A program made the position numbers and the translations under genes. From Escherichia coli (GTDB lineage: Bacteria > Pseudomonadota > Gammaproteobacteria > Enterobacterales > Enterobacteriaceae): DNA of 64,000 nucleotides. Shown here piece after piece: positions 10,930 through 24,339 of this stretch (the stretch's first letter is position 1; each line of letters begins with the position of its first letter). Where the stretch lies: assembly GCF_036507355.1 (NCBI RefSeq), contig NZ_AP027877.1. One strand, given 5' to 3'. The notes beneath the pieces were generated by a model. It was given only the letters and a program-made list of their open reading frames with translations, searched no databases and was not told where the DNA came from.

Positions 10930-13389
10930 ATGGATGCCGTGAATATTTATCGACTCTCTGTTCTTTCCTGTCTGGCAATGGTAACCCCTCCTGCGCTGGC
11001 AGCTGAATTTAACCTTAACGTTCTCGATAAGTCGATTCGGGATAGCGTTGATATTTCGTTGCTCAATCAAAAAGGCGTCGTAGCTCCCGGCGATTACTTT
11101 GTTAGTGTTACGGTTAATAATAATAAAATCAGTAATGGGCAACAAATTCGCTGGCAAAAATCTGGCGATAAAATTATTCCTTGTATCAATGAATCGCTGA
11201 TCGAACTCTTCGGACTTAAATCCGACTTTCGTAAAAAATTACCGGCAATAAAAGAATGTGTCGATTTTAGTGTCTTCCCTAAAATCATCTTTACTTTCGA
11301 TCAGGCAAATCAACAGCTCAATATTACAATCCCGCAGGCATGGCTGGCGTGGCATTCAGAAAACTGGACGCCACCCTCAACGTGGAATAACGGTATTCCT
11401 GGCTTCCTGATGGATTACAACCTGTTTGCCAGCACTTATCGCCCACAAAGCGGCAGCAGCAGCAACAACCTGAACGCCTATGGCACCACGGGCCTCAACG
11501 CCGGGGCATGGCGTCTGCGCAGCGATTATCAGCTTAGCCAGTCCGATAGCGGCGACAACCGTGAACAATCCGGGGCGATTTCACGGACCTACCTGTTCCG
11601 CCCGTTACCGCAAATAGGTTCCCGATTAACCCTGGGCGAAACCGATTTTAGCTCTAACATTTTTGATGGTTTCTCCTATACCGGTGCGGCGTTAGCCAGC
11701 GACGATCGAATGCTCCCCTGGGAGTTACGCGGCTACGCGCCGCAAATCAGCGGCATCGCACAGACTAACGCCACGGTCACGATAAGCCATTCTGGTCGCG
11801 TGATTTACCAGAAAAAAGTTCCGCCAGGCCCATTTATTATTGATGACCTGAATCAGTCAGTGCAAGGTACACTGGATGTCAAAGTGAGCGAAGAAGATGG
11901 ACGGGGGAATAACTTCCAGGTTTCAGCGGCCTCTACCCCGTTCCTGACGCGTCAGGGCCAGGTGCGCTATAAACTGGCTGCCGGTCGCCCGCGTTCCTCT
12001 ATGTCGCACCACACCGAGGATGAAACCTTCATTAGCCATGAAGTCTCCTGGGGGATGCTCTCCAACACTTCACTATATGGCGGCATGCTTCTCGCAGGCG
12101 ATGACTATCGTTCCGGCGCGCTGGGTATTGGGAAAAATATGCTCTGGCTGGGGGCGCTGTCGTTTGACGTGACCTGGGCCGACAGCCATTTTGATACTCA
12201 ACAGGATGAGCAGGGTTACAGCTACCGCTTTAACTACAGCAAACAGGTTGATGCGACCAACAGCACCATCTCATTGGCAGCCTATCGCTTCTCCGATCGC
12301 CATTTTCACAGCTACGCTAACTACATTGATCACAAATACAATGACGCCGACGCGCAGGATGAAAAGCAAACCATCAGCCTCTCCTTCGGTCAGCCTATTA
12401 CTCCGCTGAATCTTAATCTCTACGCCAACATCCTGCATCAGAGCTGGTGGAATGCGGATACCTCCACCACGGCCAACATTACCGTCGGTTTTAACGTCGA
12501 CATTGGCGACTGGAAAGATATTTCTGTCTCGACCTCGTTCAACACCACCCATTATGAAGATAAAGATCGCGACAACCAGATTTACTTTTCGATCTCCTTA
12601 CCGATTGGGGAAAGTGGTCGACTGGGTTATGACATGCAGAACAACAGTAATACTACCACCCACCGCATGTCGTGGAACGATACCCTGGATGAACGAAACA
12701 GTTGGGGAATGTCGGCTGGAATACAATCCGATCGCCCGGATAACGGTGCGCAGGTCAGCGGCAATTACCAACACCTCAGTTCGGCGGGGGAATGGGATCT
12801 GACCGGAACCTATGCCGCCAATGATTACACTTCCGCCAGTGCCAGTTGGAGCGGCTCGTTTACCGCGACTCAACATGGCGCGGCATTCCATCGCCGCAGT
12901 TCCACCAATGAACCACGCCTGATGGTCAGCACCGACGGCGTGGGCGATATTCCGATTCAGGGCAATATTGACTACACCAACCGCTTTGGTATTACCGTGG
13001 TACCGTTTGTTTCCAGCTACCAGCCTACGACGGTGGCGGTCAATATGAACGACTTGCCTGACGGCGTTACCGTTTCCGAAAACGTGGTGAAAGAAACCTG
13101 GACCGAAGGCGCCATCGGCTTTAAATCGCTGGCGTCCCGCGCCGGGAAAGATCTCAACGTCATTATCAGCGATGCTAACGGGCATTTCCCGCCGCTCGGT
13201 GCCGATGTTCGCCAGGCTGAAGGCGGTGTCAGCGTCGGGATGGTTGGCGAAAACGGTCACGCATGGCTGAGTGGGGTCGATGAAAATCAACAATTTACCG
13301 TGCACTGGGGCGACCAGAAAACGTGTGCCATTCATCTGCCGGAACATCTGGAAGATGTGACTAAGCGCCTGATTTTACCCTGTCATTAA
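10930..13389 (+). CDS. ybgQ: Outer-membrane fimbrial usher protein
   Basis: 819-aa ORF with N-terminal signal peptide and usher-sized beta-barrel protein; sits between the subunit and chaperone genes. Confidence 0.9.
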   Translation: MDAVNIYRLSVLSCLAMVTPPALAAEFNLNVLDKSIRDSVDISLLNQKGVVAPGDYFVSVTVNNNKISNGQQIRWQKSGDKIIPCINESLIELFGLKSDFRKKLPAIKECVDFSVFPKIIFTFDQANQQLNITIPQAWLAWHSENWTPPSTWNNGIPGFLMDYNLFASTYRPQSGSSSNNLNAYGTTGLNAGAWRLRSDYQLSQSDSGDNREQSGAISRTYLFRPLPQIGSRLTLGETDFSSNIFDGFSYTGAALASDDRMLPWELRGYAPQISGIAQTNATVTISHSGRVIYQKKVPPGPFIIDDLNQSVQGTLDVKVSEEDGRGNNFQVSAASTPFLTRQGQVRYKLAAGRPRSSMSHHTEDETFISHEVSWGMLSNTSLYGGMLLAGDDYRSGALGIGKNMLWLGALSFDVTWADSHFDTQQDEQGYSYRFNYSKQVDATNSTISLAAYRFSDRHFHSYANYIDHKYNDADAQDEKQTISLSFGQPITPLNLNLYANILHQSWWNADTSTTANITVGFNVDIGDWKDISVSTSFNTTHYEDKDRDNQIYFSISLPIGESGRLGYDMQNNSNTTTHRMSWNDTLDERNSWGMSAGIQSDRPDNGAQVSGNYQHLSSAGEWDLTGTYAANDYTSASASWSGSFTATQHGAAFHRRSSTNEPRLMVSTDGVGDIPIQGNIDYTNRFGITVVPFVSSYQPTTVAVNMNDLPDGVTVSENVVKETWTEGAIGFKSLASRAGKDLNVIISDANGHFPPLGADVRQAEGGVSVGMVGENGHAWLSGVDENQQFTVHWGDQKTCAIHLPEHLEDVTKRLILPCH

Positions 13390-13403
13390 TTAAGGAAAAG
13401 ACG

Positions 13404-14135
13404 ATGACATTTGTTAAAGGATTCCCTTTGATTCTTCTGGTTGCCAGTATGTGCAGCCACGGCGCAGTGCAGCCTGACCGCACGCGCATCATCTTTAATA
13501 GCAAAGATAAAGCAACCAGCCTGCGCGTGGAAAACCGCAGCGATAAACTCCCCTACCTCGCCTATTCATGGATAGAAAATGAAAAGGGAGAGAAAAGCGA
13601 TGAATTTCTCGTCGCCCTGCCGCCTATCCAGCGACTGGAGCCAAAAGCGACTTCGCAGGTTCGGATCATGAAACAAGCCGCCACCGCGAAATTACCCACC
13701 GATCGCGAATCTCTCTTTTACTATAACCTGCGTGAAATTCCGCCTGTCCCGGAAGGCAGCGAGGGCCATGCGATCCTGCAAGTCGCCGTCCAAAGTCGCA
13801 TTAAGCTATTCTGGCGGCCCGCCGCATTACGCAAAAAAATGGGCGATCATGTTGAGCAACAGCTACAGGTTAGCCAGCAGAATAACCAGCTTACCCTGAA
13901 AAACCCGACCGGATACTATCTGACTATTGCCTATCTTGGGCGGGATGAGAAAGGCGTGCTGCCTGGCTTTAAAAGCACGATGGTCGCACCGTTCAGTTCG
14001 GTCACCACCAGCACGGGCAGCTATAGCGGCAAGCAGTTTTATATTGGCTACATGGACGACTACGGCGCATTGCGTATGAACACGCTCTCCTGCCAGCGGC
14101 AATGCCGCCTGCAGCCGGTGGAGAATAAAAAATGA
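13404..14135 (+). CDS. ybgP: Periplasmic fimbrial chaperone (PapD-like)
   Basis: 243-aa [65 protein letters not shown]...; chaperone family pattern. Confidence 0.9.
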   Translation: MTFVKGFPLILLVASMCSHGAVQPDRTRIIFNSKDKATSLRVENRSDKLPYLAYSWIENEKGEKSDEFLVALPPIQRLEPKATSQVRIMKQAATAKLPTDRESLFYYNLREIPPVPEGSEGHAILQVAVQSRIKLFWRPAALRKKMGDHVEQQLQVSQQNNQLTLKNPTGYYLTIAYLGRDEKGVLPGFKSTMVAPFSSVTTSTGSYSGKQFYIGYMDDYGALRMNTLSCQRQCRLQPVENKK

Positions 14136-15193
14136 GATTCGCCAAAGGCGTGTTGCTCGCCATCTGTCTGATTTTTTTGCCGCTAAAAGCGGCGCTGGCG
14201 CTGAACTGCTATTTTGGTACCACAAACGGTGCTGTAGAAAAATCGGAAGCTATTATGCCCTTCGCCGTTCCGGCCAATTCCAAACCCGGCGATAAAATCT
14301 GGGAATCTGACGATATAAAAATTCCGGTCTACTGTGACAACAACACAAACGGTAATTTTGAAAGCGAGCACGTCTACGCCTGGGTAAACCCTTACCCCGG
14401 TATTCAGGATCCCTATTATCAATTGGGCGTAACCTATGAAGGCGTGGACTATGACGCAAGCCTTGGGAAAAGCCGCATCGACACGAATCAGTGCATCGAC
14501 AGTAAGAATATTGATATTTACACCCCGGAGCAGATCATTGCGATGGGCTGGCAAAATAAACTTTGCTCCGGCGATCCAACCGTTATGCACAAATCGCGGA
14601 CGTTTGTGGCGCGTATGCGGCTTTACGTTAAAGTTCGCGCCATGCCGCCCCATGATTATCAGAGCAAACTCAGCGATTACATCGTCGTACAGTTTGATGG
14701 CGCAGGCAGCGTGAACGAAGACCCTACCGCGAAGAGTCTGAAATATCACATTACCGGTCTGGAAAATATCCGCGTGCTGGATTGCAGCGTCAACTTTGCT
14801 ATCTCACCTGAAACCCAGGTCGTTGATTTTGGCCGATTTAACGTGCTGGATATTCGTCGCCATACGATGTCGCAGCAATTTAAAATAACTACAACCAAAT
14901 CACAAAACGACCAGTGTACCGACGGTTTTAAAGTCAGCTCTTCGTTTTATACCGATGAAACCCTTATCGACGAAGATAAATCACTGCTCATTGGCAATGG
15001 CCTGAAGCTTCGATTGTTGGATGAAAATGCCTCACCCTATACTTTCAACAAATACAGTGAATATGCCGATTTTACCAGCGACCTGTTAGTGTATGAAAAA
15101 ACCTACACGGCAGAATTGTCATCCACGCCGGGTACGCCCATCGACGTTGGTCCCTTTGATACAGTGGTACTTTTCAAAATTAACTACAACTGA
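14132..15193 (+). CDS. ybgO: Fimbrial adhesin-like protein (putative tip adhesin)
   Basis: 353-aa ORF with signal peptide ([23 protein letters not shown]); start overlaps the chaperone stop (ATGA); last gene of the chaperone-usher cluster. Confidence 0.85.
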   Translation: MRFAKGVLLAICLIFLPLKAALALNCYFGTTNGAVEKSEAIMPFAVPANSKPGDKIWESDDIKIPVYCDNNTNGNFESEHVYAWVNPYPGIQDPYYQLGVTYEGVDYDASLGKSRIDTNQCIDSKNIDIYTPEQIIAMGWQNKLCSGDPTVMHKSRTFVARMRLYVKVRAMPPHDYQSKLSDYIVVQFDGAGSVNEDPTAKSLKYHITGLENIRVLDCSVNFAISPETQVVDFGRFNVLDIRRHTMSQQFKITTTKSQNDQCTDGFKVSSSFYTDETLIDEDKSLLIGNGLKLRLLDENASPYTFNKYSEYADFTSDLLVYEKTYTAELSSTPGTPIDVGPFDTVVLFKINYN

Positions 15194-15341
15194 TTTAGCC
15201 TATTGCCCTTTCCAGCCGGAGAGGGCTTCTTCGGTTAATTGCCAATTTTCCGGCTTTTATTGATTACCGTTATTTTTTCCATGCCCGGCATTCTTTATGC
15301 TGTATCGATACACCAAAGAGTAAATAATGAGGGAGCAAAGG

Positions 15342-16388
15342 ATGCCAGTTTTGCAGTGGGGAATGTTATGTGTGCTATCACTTCTCCTTTCTATTGGTTT
15401 ACTCGCGGTACATCTCCCGGCGGCATTATTACTTGGGCCGATGATCGCCGGGATCATCTTCAGTATGCGCGGGGTTACCCTGCAACTCCCCCGCTCCGCT
15501 TTTCTCGCCGCGCAGGCCATTCTTGGCTGCATGATTGCGCAAAACTTGACCGGTTCGATCCTGACCACGCTGGCGGTTAACTGGCCGATTGTGTTAGCTA
15601 TTTTACTGGTGACGTTGCTTTCCAGCGCTATCGTGGGATGGCTACTGGTGCGCTATAGCTCACTGCCCGGAAATACTGGTGCCTGGGGCTCCTCGCCTGG
15701 CGGCGCGGCGGCAATGGTCGCTATGGCGCAAGATTACGGCGCAGATATTCGCCTGGTGGCGTTTATGCAATATCTGCGAGTGCTGTTCGTCGCGGGGGCC
15801 GCGGTCCTGGTCACCCGCATGATGCTGGGTGATAACGCTGAAGCGGTTAACCAGCAAATCGTCTGGTTCCCGCCAGTGAGCATTAATCTCCTGCTTACGA
15901 TTTTGCTCGCGGTCGTTGCCGGTACGGCGGGATGCCTGCTGCGTCTTCCTTCCGGCACGATGCTCATCCCGATGCTGGCGGGCGCAGTGCTCCAGTCTGG
16001 TCAGCTCATCACCATCGAACTACCAGAATGGCTGCTGGCGATGGCGTATATGGCAATTGGCTGGCGGATTGGTCTTGGTTTCGATAAACAAATCTTACTG
16101 CGGGCACTACGCCCGCTACCGCAAATCCTGCTGTCGATTTTTGCTCTGCTGGCTATTTGTGCGGGTATGGCGTGGGGGCTGACCCGGTTTATGCACATTG
16201 ATTTTATGACTGCCTACCTCGCCACCAGCCCCGGCGGGCTTGATACCGTGGCGGTCATCGCCGCAGGGAGCAATGCCGATATGGCGCTCATTATGGCGAT
16301 GCAAACCCTACGCCTGTTCAGTATTTTGCTGACAGGGCCTGCCATTGCGCGGTTTATTTCAACCTATGCACCGAAGCGATCGGCCTAG
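15342..16388 (+). CDS. abrB: AbrB-family inner-membrane protein (putative regulator of aidB expression)
   Basis: Track ORF 15327..16388; start placed at [37 protein letters not shown]; polytopic membrane protein of 348 aa. Confidence 0.85.
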   Translation: MPVLQWGMLCVLSLLLSIGLLAVHLPAALLLGPMIAGIIFSMRGVTLQLPRSAFLAAQAILGCMIAQNLTGSILTTLAVNWPIVLAILLVTLLSSAIVGWLLVRYSSLPGNTGAWGSSPGGAAAMVAMAQDYGADIRLVAFMQYLRVLFVAGAAVLVTRMMLGDNAEAVNQQIVWFPPVSINLLLTILLAVVAGTAGCLLRLPSGTMLIPMLAGAVLQSGQLITIELPEWLLAMAYMAIGWRIGLGFDKQILLRALRPLPQILLSIFALLAICAGMAWGLTRFMHIDFMTAYLATSPGGLDTVAVIAAGSNADMALIMAMQTLRLFSILLTGPAIARFISTYAPKRSA

Positions 16389-17176
16389 TGCTGGCAGCCA
16401 GGGCACCAGTAAAACGGGCGAGATGACAGCGTGGTTTTCTCAATGATGCCGCCACAACGTTCGCACGGTTCTCCATCACGATGAAAAACCTTAAAGCGGA
16501 ACAGCGCGCCGTGATGTTTTTTCTCATCCACCTGCCCCCGCGTAGCGTAGGAAAATCGAGGAATATCCAGTAACGCGTGTGCGAGTGCATCCAGTTGCGC
16601 CGCATTGAGATCTTTCGCTTTATGATTTCCAGTCACCCCAACCTGCCAGAGGATCTCCACCCGCAAATAATTGCCAAGCCCAGCCAGAAACGCCTGATCG
16701 AGCAGTAATCCAGCAAACTGACGGTTACGAAAGCGCGGCGACAATAACCGTTCTTTCACCACCTCCGGCGTCAGATTCGGATCCAGCACATCGGGACCAA
16801 CGCGTTGTAAAAACGGATGCGTGGTCAGTTGTTCCGGGGTCAACATCTCAATATCCGAGGCGCTATAAAGCAGAATGGTTTTGTCAGCCGTTTGCAGTTT
16901 TACCCGCAATACTCGCGTGGTCTGCGGCTCTTCGCCGGTATCAACCACGCGCCAGACGCCGTAAAGCTGATTATGGCTGTAGAGCGTTAAGTCGTTGGAA
17001 AAATGAGTTAACAGCGCCTTACCACGCGTTTCCACATGGGTAACGTGTTGACCGATAAGTGGTGATTGATAAGATTTTAACTGCGGGAAAGCAAACCAGA
17101 CATCAGTTAGTGGTTTGCCTTTGATCGCCGCCTCCAGGTTATCCGCTGCACGGCGGATCTCCGGGCCTTCAGGCAT
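16385..17176 (-). CDS. nei: Endonuclease VIII (DNA glycosylase/AP lyase)
   Basis: 263-aa [36 protein letters not shown]... with C-terminal zinc finger [26 protein letters not shown]. Confidence 0.96.
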   Translation of the reverse strand: MPEGPEIRRAADNLEAAIKGKPLTDVWFAFPQLKSYQSPLIGQHVTHVETRGKALLTHFSNDLTLYSHNQLYGVWRVVDTGEEPQTTRVLRVKLQTADKTILLYSASDIEMLTPEQLTTHPFLQRVGPDVLDPNLTPEVVKERLLSPRFRNRQFAGLLLDQAFLAGLGNYLRVEILWQVGVTGNHKAKDLNAAQLDALAHALLDIPRFSYATRGQVDEKKHHGALFRFKVFHRDGEPCERCGGIIEKTTLSSRPFYWCPGCQH

Positions 17177-17211
17177 GGTGATATCCTTTTTTCATTCTTT
17201 ATTAAACGGGG

Positions 17212-17946
17212 TTATGCTGCGACAACAATCCCCTTTTCGGCAAATGCAGAGCGTAGTCGGCGGGCGAACGCCAGTGCGTGCTCGCCGTCGCCATGCAGGC
17301 AGACCGTTTGCGCCGTGACCGTTGCCCATTCGCCGGTGATACTTTTGACTCTGCCGTGTTGCACCATCTCCAACGTTTGCGCCAGCGCCTGTTCTTCGTT
17401 TTCAATCAACGCGCCTGACTGGCTTCGCGGCACCAGCGAGCCGTCAGCCTGATAACCGCGATCGGCAAACACTTCCTCGCGCGTTGTCAGGCCATATTGC
17501 TTGCCTGCACGAATCAGCTCGCTTCCTGCCAGCCCAACGAGAACCAATGCTGGATCGCAAGCGTATACCGCTCTGGCGATGGCGTCTGCCAGTTGTGCTT
17601 CTTTCGCCGCCTGGTTGTACAACATGCCGTGCGGTTTGACATGACGCATTACGCCGCCTTGCGCACGGGTAATCGTTGCCAGCGCGCCAATTTGATACAG
17701 CGTCTGGGCGTAAACGGTTTCTGGCGGCAGCTGCATAGCGCTGCGACCAAAATTTTCCCTGTCGGGAAAACTCGGATGAGCGCCAATCGCGACACCATTT
17801 TTTATTGCTTCACGCACGCAAGCCTGCATGGTTTGCGCATCGCCTGCATGAAATCCACAGGCAATATTGGCAGAGGAAACCAGCGTTAATAGCTCTGCGT
17901 CGCTGGTGCAGCCTTCGCCCAGATCGGCGTTCAGGTCAATTTTCAT
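17212..17946 (-). CDS. pxpA: 5-oxoprolinase subunit A (LamB/YcsF family)
   Basis: 244-aa [47 protein letters not shown]... Confidence 0.93.
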   Translation of the reverse strand: MKIDLNADLGEGCTSDAELLTLVSSANIACGFHAGDAQTMQACVREAIKNGVAIGAHPSFPDRENFGRSAMQLPPETVYAQTLYQIGALATITRAQGGVMRHVKPHGMLYNQAAKEAQLADAIARAVYACDPALVLVGLAGSELIRAGKQYGLTTREEVFADRGYQADGSLVPRSQSGALIENEEQALAQTLEMVQHGRVKSITGEWATVTAQTVCLHGDGEHALAFARRLRSAFAEKGIVVAA

Positions 17947-18868
17947 TGTGCAGCCGCCACGCTAATTGTTCGAAATAACGTTGCTGATCTTGCCGCGCTT
18001 TCAGTGCCTCTTCCAGTGAACACTGGACAAAATGAATCGGCTGACCGAGCGGAATTTGCGCCAGATGGTACATATCAGCCTCAATGATACAGGCAATACG
18101 CGGGTAACCACCGGTGGTCTGTGCGTCGTTCATCAACACAATGGGCTGCCCGTTATGCGGCACCTGCACCACGCCCGGTAACAAACCGTGAGATAACAGT
18201 TCGCGATCGGTGGTGCGTTTTAAAATTTGCCCCTGTAAGCGATAGCCCATGCGGTTACTTTGCGAGCTAAGCTGCCAGGGCGAACGCCAGAATGCATCCT
18301 GCGAGGCGCGATCGAACTCATGATATTCCGGGCCCGGCAAGGCGCGAATGCGGTTGCCCCACAGCAGCTGTTTAACGCCCTGCGCTTCCATAAAATCACG
18401 CTTCGATTTGCCAATCGGGAGTCGGTCACCATCCTTCAGTAAACGGCCTTCCAGCCCGCCAATCCCCACTTTGAGATCGGTGCTGCATGACCCCATTACC
18501 GGCGGAACATCAATACCACCCGCGACCGCCAGATAACTGCGCATCCCGTGCTGCGGGCGTTTAAGCGTTAAACGCTGGCCTGCTTTCATCGGCAATCGCC
18601 AGCCGGTCCAGACGGCATTATCATCCAGCAGCGCTTCGCAACCGGCACCCGTCAGAGCAAACCCCCCATCAGTTTCGAACTCAACCGTTAACTGACCGAG
18701 CGTGATCTCCAGCGCGGGGGCATTGGCGTCATTACCCACCAGCAGGTTAGCAATGCGCAGCGCAGGCATATCCAGTGCGCCGCAGTGGCTGATACCCGAC
18801 TGGCGAAAACCGTGACGACCGCCATCTTGCACAGTGGTATACATGCCCGCACGAATAATCTTCAGCAT
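17936..18868 (-). CDS. pxpC: 5-oxoprolinase subunit C
   Basis: 310-aa [50 protein letters not shown]...; overlaps pxpA and pxpB as in a translationally coupled operon. Confidence 0.93.
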
Positions 18869-19518
18869 ACTCCCTCCTTTTGCGGTACAAAGCGCACGCT
18901 GTCTCCCGGACGTAATAAGATGGGTTCGTCACGCGCCGGATCAAACAGGCTGAGTGAGGTATGACCAATCAACTGCCAGCCACCCGGCGTTGCCAGCGGA
19001 TAAACACCAGTCTGCGGCCCGCCGATCCCGACAGAACCTGCCGGAACGAGCAAGCGCGGTTCAGCGCGCCGTGGCGTGTGTAGTTGTTCCGGCAAACTCC
19101 CGAGATACGGGAAGCCCGGTTGAAAACCTAAAAACCAGACCACGTATTCCACGGAGGAGTGCAATTCAACAACCTGTTTTTCGCTCAACCCGCAATGCGC
19201 CGCGACCACCGCCAAATCCGGTCCGCCTGCACCACCGTAAACCACCGGAATTTCAATAAAGCGAGACTCAGGTTCCAGGGCCTCGCTCTCCTCCCACCAG
19301 CGTTGCAAACGCTCTATGGCATCCAGCGCCAGCGACTCAGGATTACGCAAAATCACCGTGATATTGTTCATGCCGGGAATGGCTTCAACCACATTCGGCA
19401 TATCCACCAGACGCTGCGCCAGTCGCCAGATCCGTTTCTGGCTAGCCAGCGTCACCGGCGGTTCCAGTTCCAGCACTACCGCCGTTTCACCTATCAGATA
19501 ACAACGCGCTCGTTGCAC
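18862..19518 (-). CDS. pxpB: 5-oxoprolinase subunit B
   Basis: 218-aa [42 protein letters not shown]... Confidence 0.93.
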
Positions 19519-19540
19519 TTTCGATCCCTCTGATTATTCG

Positions 19541-20284
19541 TTATGCAGGATTAGGAATATCAATAAAGGTCACATCAAGATCGGTATTTTCATTCAGCCA
19601 CTCGCTCAATGCGCGAATACCACCGCGTTCAGTGGCATGGTGACCTGCAGCATAAAAATGCAATCCCTGCTCGCGGGCTGAATGAATGGTCTGTTCAGAA
19701 ACTTCGCCAGTAATAAAAGCATCCACGCCAAAACGCGCGGCGCTATCGATAAAACTTTGCCCGCCGCCCGTGCACCAGGCGACGCGCTGGACCACCTCAG
19801 GTCCGGTATCGCCACACCATAACGGCTTACGTCCCAGACGCGCTTCAATCCAGGAAGCCAGCTCCAGTCCCGGCACAGGCATGGTCAGTTCGCCCCACGG
19901 CACCAACGGCTCAATTTCGCCCATGACCGTAATCCCCAGTAACGCCGCCAGCTGTGCGTTATTGCCCAGCTCAGGATGTGCGTCAAGCGGCAAATGCCAG
20001 CCATACAGGTTGATATCATTCGCCAGCAACGTTTTTAAACGGTTACGCTTCATGCCGCGAATGACCGGAGATTCGCCTTTCCAGAAGTAGCCATGATGCA
20101 CAATGACCGCATCCGCGCCCAGACGCACTGCCTCATCGAGCAAAGCCTGGCTGGCAGTGACACCGGTAACAATTTTTTGCACCGTCTCTTTGCCTTCCAC
20201 CTGCAAACCATTCGGCGCGTAATCACTAATCGCCGCGCTGTTCAGTTTTTCGTTAATCAGTTGTTCCAGTTCGGTGTTTTTCAT
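19541..20284 (-). CDS. ybgI: Nif3-family dinuclear metal-binding protein (GTP cyclohydrolase 1 type 2 homolog)
   Basis: 247-aa ORF MKNTELEQLINEKLNSAAISDYAPNGLQVEGKETVQKIVTGVTASQALLDEAVRLGADAVIVHHGYFW... Confidence 0.93.
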   Translation of the reverse strand: MKNTELEQLINEKLNSAAISDYAPNGLQVEGKETVQKIVTGVTASQALLDEAVRLGADAVIVHHGYFWKGESPVIRGMKRNRLKTLLANDINLYGWHLPLDAHPELGNNAQLAALLGITVMGEIEPLVPWGELTMPVPGLELASWIEARLGRKPLWCGDTGPEVVQRVAWCTGGGQSFIDSAARFGVDAFITGEVSEQTIHSAREQGLHFYAAGHHATERGGIRALSEWLNENTDLDVTFIDIPNPA

Positions 20285-20371
20285 CTTCGCGCCTTCCGTA
20301 TTCTGATAGCTACACCGTTAACATAGCGTTACCTCGCCTGTTCGTCGATAGCCAATCTTTTGACATATTAA

Positions 20372-22036
<1,665 letters not shown>

Positions 22037-22050
22037 CAGGTCAAACCGAT

Positions 22051-22165
22051 GCCTGATGCGACGCTTAACGCGTCTTATCAGGTCTACGTATTTCCTGCAA
22101 TTTATTGAATTTGCACAAATTTGTAGGCTGGATAAGGCGTTTACGCCGCATCCGGCATCTGGGCT
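22051..22165. repeat. REP/BIME units between convergent dtpD and phr
   Basis: gcctgatgcgacgcttaacgcgtcttatcaggtctac and gtaggctggataaggcgtttacgccgcatccggca palindromic units. Confidence 0.6.
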
Positions 22166-22184
22166 CGATTGCCTGACGCGTCTG

Positions 22185-23603
22185 TTATTTCCCCTTCCGC
22201 GCCGCCTCATACGCTGCCAACGTTTGTACTCTCGCCTCTTTGTGATCGACTATCGGTTGCGGATAATCCAGCGTCACACCTGCTTTCTGCGCCCACTTCC
22301 ACGGCTCATGCACCGCTTTCCCCGGTACATTGCGCAGTTCCGGTAGCCACTGGCGGATAAACTCGCCTTCGCGGTCAAATTTCTCGCCCTGGGTTGTCGG
22401 GTTGAAAATACGAAAATACGGCGCTGCATCAGTACCCGTAGAAGCCGCCCACTGCCAGCCACCGTTATTGGCTGCCAAATCACCATCAATCAGCTGCGAC
22501 ATGAAATATCGCTCGCCTTCGCGCCAGTCGATCAACAAATCTTTCACCAGAAAACTGGCTGTAATCATCCGTAGCCTGTTATGCATCCAGCCAGTGCTAT
22601 TAAGCTGACGCATGGCAGCATCGACAATCGGGTATCCCGTTATGCCTTCCTGCCAGGCCTTTAAATGGGCGGGATTGCTTTGCCACTGTACACGATCCGT
22701 CCAGGCAATAAACGGACAATGTTTACACAACGAGGGGTAATATGTCATCAGATGACGGTAAAACTCGCGCCAGATCAGCTCATTAAGCCAGACACTACCG
22801 GCCCCACCGTCCAGCGCCTGCGGCTGTTCCGCCAACAGGCGATGCAAACACTGGCGAGGTGATAACCCGCCCGTTGCCAGGCTGGCGGACAAACGACTGG
22901 TGCCTTCCACTGCCGGAAAATCTCGTTGTTGCTCATATTCTCCGGCACCGTTCTGGCAAAACTGGCGTAATTGCGCAATCGCCGCTTTTTCTTCCACCGG
23001 GAAATGCGCAGTATCGAAAGACTGACGAGGATAATTCAGCGTAATGGATGGCGCGGGCTTTATCGATCCGCTACTACGAACTTTTGGTGCAGCGACGCAC
23101 TCCGGCATCCCTTCCCGCAGCCGTTTCAGCCAGGCATTCTTAAAAGGCGTAAAGACTTTGTACATCTCATGATTGCCGGTCATCACCGCGCCAGGCGGCA
23201 GGATCACGCTGTCATCAAATCCTTCACACACCACGTTACGCAGCGTTCTCTCAACCTGCACATCCCGCGCCCGCTCATTCACCTCATACTGATAGTTATA
23301 AAAAAGATGAGTAACGCTGTTTTCCGCGCACACCTGTTTAACTATTTCGACGCTGGCGGCAAAGTCATCCACTTCACGGAACAATAAAGGAATGCCTTTT
23401 TCCGCCAGCGCGATTTGTAGCCCGTTCAGTTGAGCATTGATAAGTTCAGCCTGACGCGGCGACATATTATGCGCCGCCCACTGGCGTGGTGTAGCGATAT
23501 ACAACGCCAGCACGCGTGCAGACGAATTGCGGCAGGCGGCAGCCAGCGCGAGATTATCGTGCAGACGTAAATCCTGGCGAAACCAGACCAGATGAGTAGT
23601 CAT
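22185..23603 (-). CDS. phr: Deoxyribodipyrimidine photolyase
   Basis: 472-aa ORF MTTHLVWFRQDLRLHDNLALAAACRNSSARVLALYIATPRQW...; full length. Confidence 0.96.
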   Translation of the reverse strand: MTTHLVWFRQDLRLHDNLALAAACRNSSARVLALYIATPRQWAAHNMSPRQAELINAQLNGLQIALAEKGIPLLFREVDDFAASVEIVKQVCAENSVTHLFYNYQYEVNERARDVQVERTLRNVVCEGFDDSVILPPGAVMTGNHEMYKVFTPFKNAWLKRLREGMPECVAAPKVRSSGSIKPAPSITLNYPRQSFDTAHFPVEEKAAIAQLRQFCQNGAGEYEQQRDFPAVEGTSRLSASLATGGLSPRQCLHRLLAEQPQALDGGAGSVWLNELIWREFYRHLMTYYPSLCKHCPFIAWTDRVQWQSNPAHLKAWQEGITGYPIVDAAMRQLNSTGWMHNRLRMITASFLVKDLLIDWREGERYFMSQLIDGDLAANNGGWQWAASTGTDAAPYFRIFNPTTQGEKFDREGEFIRQWLPELRNVPGKAVHEPWKWAQKAGVTLDYPQPIVDHKEARVQTLAAYEAARKGK

Positions 23604-24109
23604 AAAACTCCTGAATGGCGCAAGTTAATCACACGCGGCCAAAGTTCGAAATAACGCTGCCCTGAAAGCCAGGCGTCAGGATAAAGCGCCATATAGTGTT
23701 TGATACGCATCAGCGGCGCAAGAAGTGGTTGCTCGCCACGGCGATAACTGTCGATAAGCGCAGCCAGCTGCTGGCGTTCTGTGGAATCAATATGCGGGCG
23801 AAAATAACCCTGAACGTGCATCAAAACGTTGGTGTGATCGCGCGGGTTGGCGGGATGAGAAAGCAAAACAATTACGCGTTGGCGGTACTGGCTGTAAAAA
23901 TCATCCAGATTTTGCCACTGATGAATATCAGCCACAAACGGGCCAAGTTTGCGGTATTCCGGCTGAGAATGAGCCAGAAAGACGAGTTTATAGCGGCTGT
24001 GATAATCGAGAAGCGCCCCGCGCGTTAAGCCATGTTCTTTCAGTCGATGTAACTCATGAAGGGCGAAGATACGGATTAGGGTGCTGTCATCAAATCGTTG
24101 CTGATTCAT
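23600..24109 (-). CDS. ybgA: DUF1722-family protein, co-transcribed with phr
   Basis: 169-aa ORF MNQQRFDDSTLIRIFALHELHRLKEHGLTRGALLDYHSRYKLVFLAHSQPEYRKLG...; stop overlaps the phr start (ATGA). Confidence 0.9.
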   Translation of the reverse strand: MNQQRFDDSTLIRIFALHELHRLKEHGLTRGALLDYHSRYKLVFLAHSQPEYRKLGPFVADIHQWQNLDDFYSQYRQRVIVLLSHPANPRDHTNVLMHVQGYFRPHIDSTERQQLAALIDSYRRGEQPLLAPLMRIKHYMALYPDAWLSGQRYFELWPRVINLRHSGVL

Positions 24110-24339
24110 TACTGCTCCTGAGATATTAACAGGAGTAAGTGTAGACGTTGGGAAATGATTTTTGTGAAGTTAATCCGCTAGCAGGGCAAGATTACGAAAG
24201 CGCGCTCCCCGCAAGCAACTCATCAAGGTAGTTAATCATGGCTTAACACGATATTACGCCAGAAGTCACCATTTCCAAAACACAGCGCCGCTATAAAGTC
24301 GGCTATGTCAGAGCCCGCCACATAAACAGCAAAACCTAC

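Noticed and set aside
15239-15580. 113-aa plus-strand ORF and 103-aa minus-strand ORF overlapping the abrB start
   Set aside because: Frames overlapping the abrB 5' end and its promoter; abrB in the adjacent frame has the convincing membrane-protein sequence.
24110-24339. LexA box upstream of the SymE-like gene
   Set aside because: The only CTG...CAG palindrome (ctgagatattaacagg) has 9-nt spacing and coincides with the ybgA ribosome-binding site; not a convincing SOS box.
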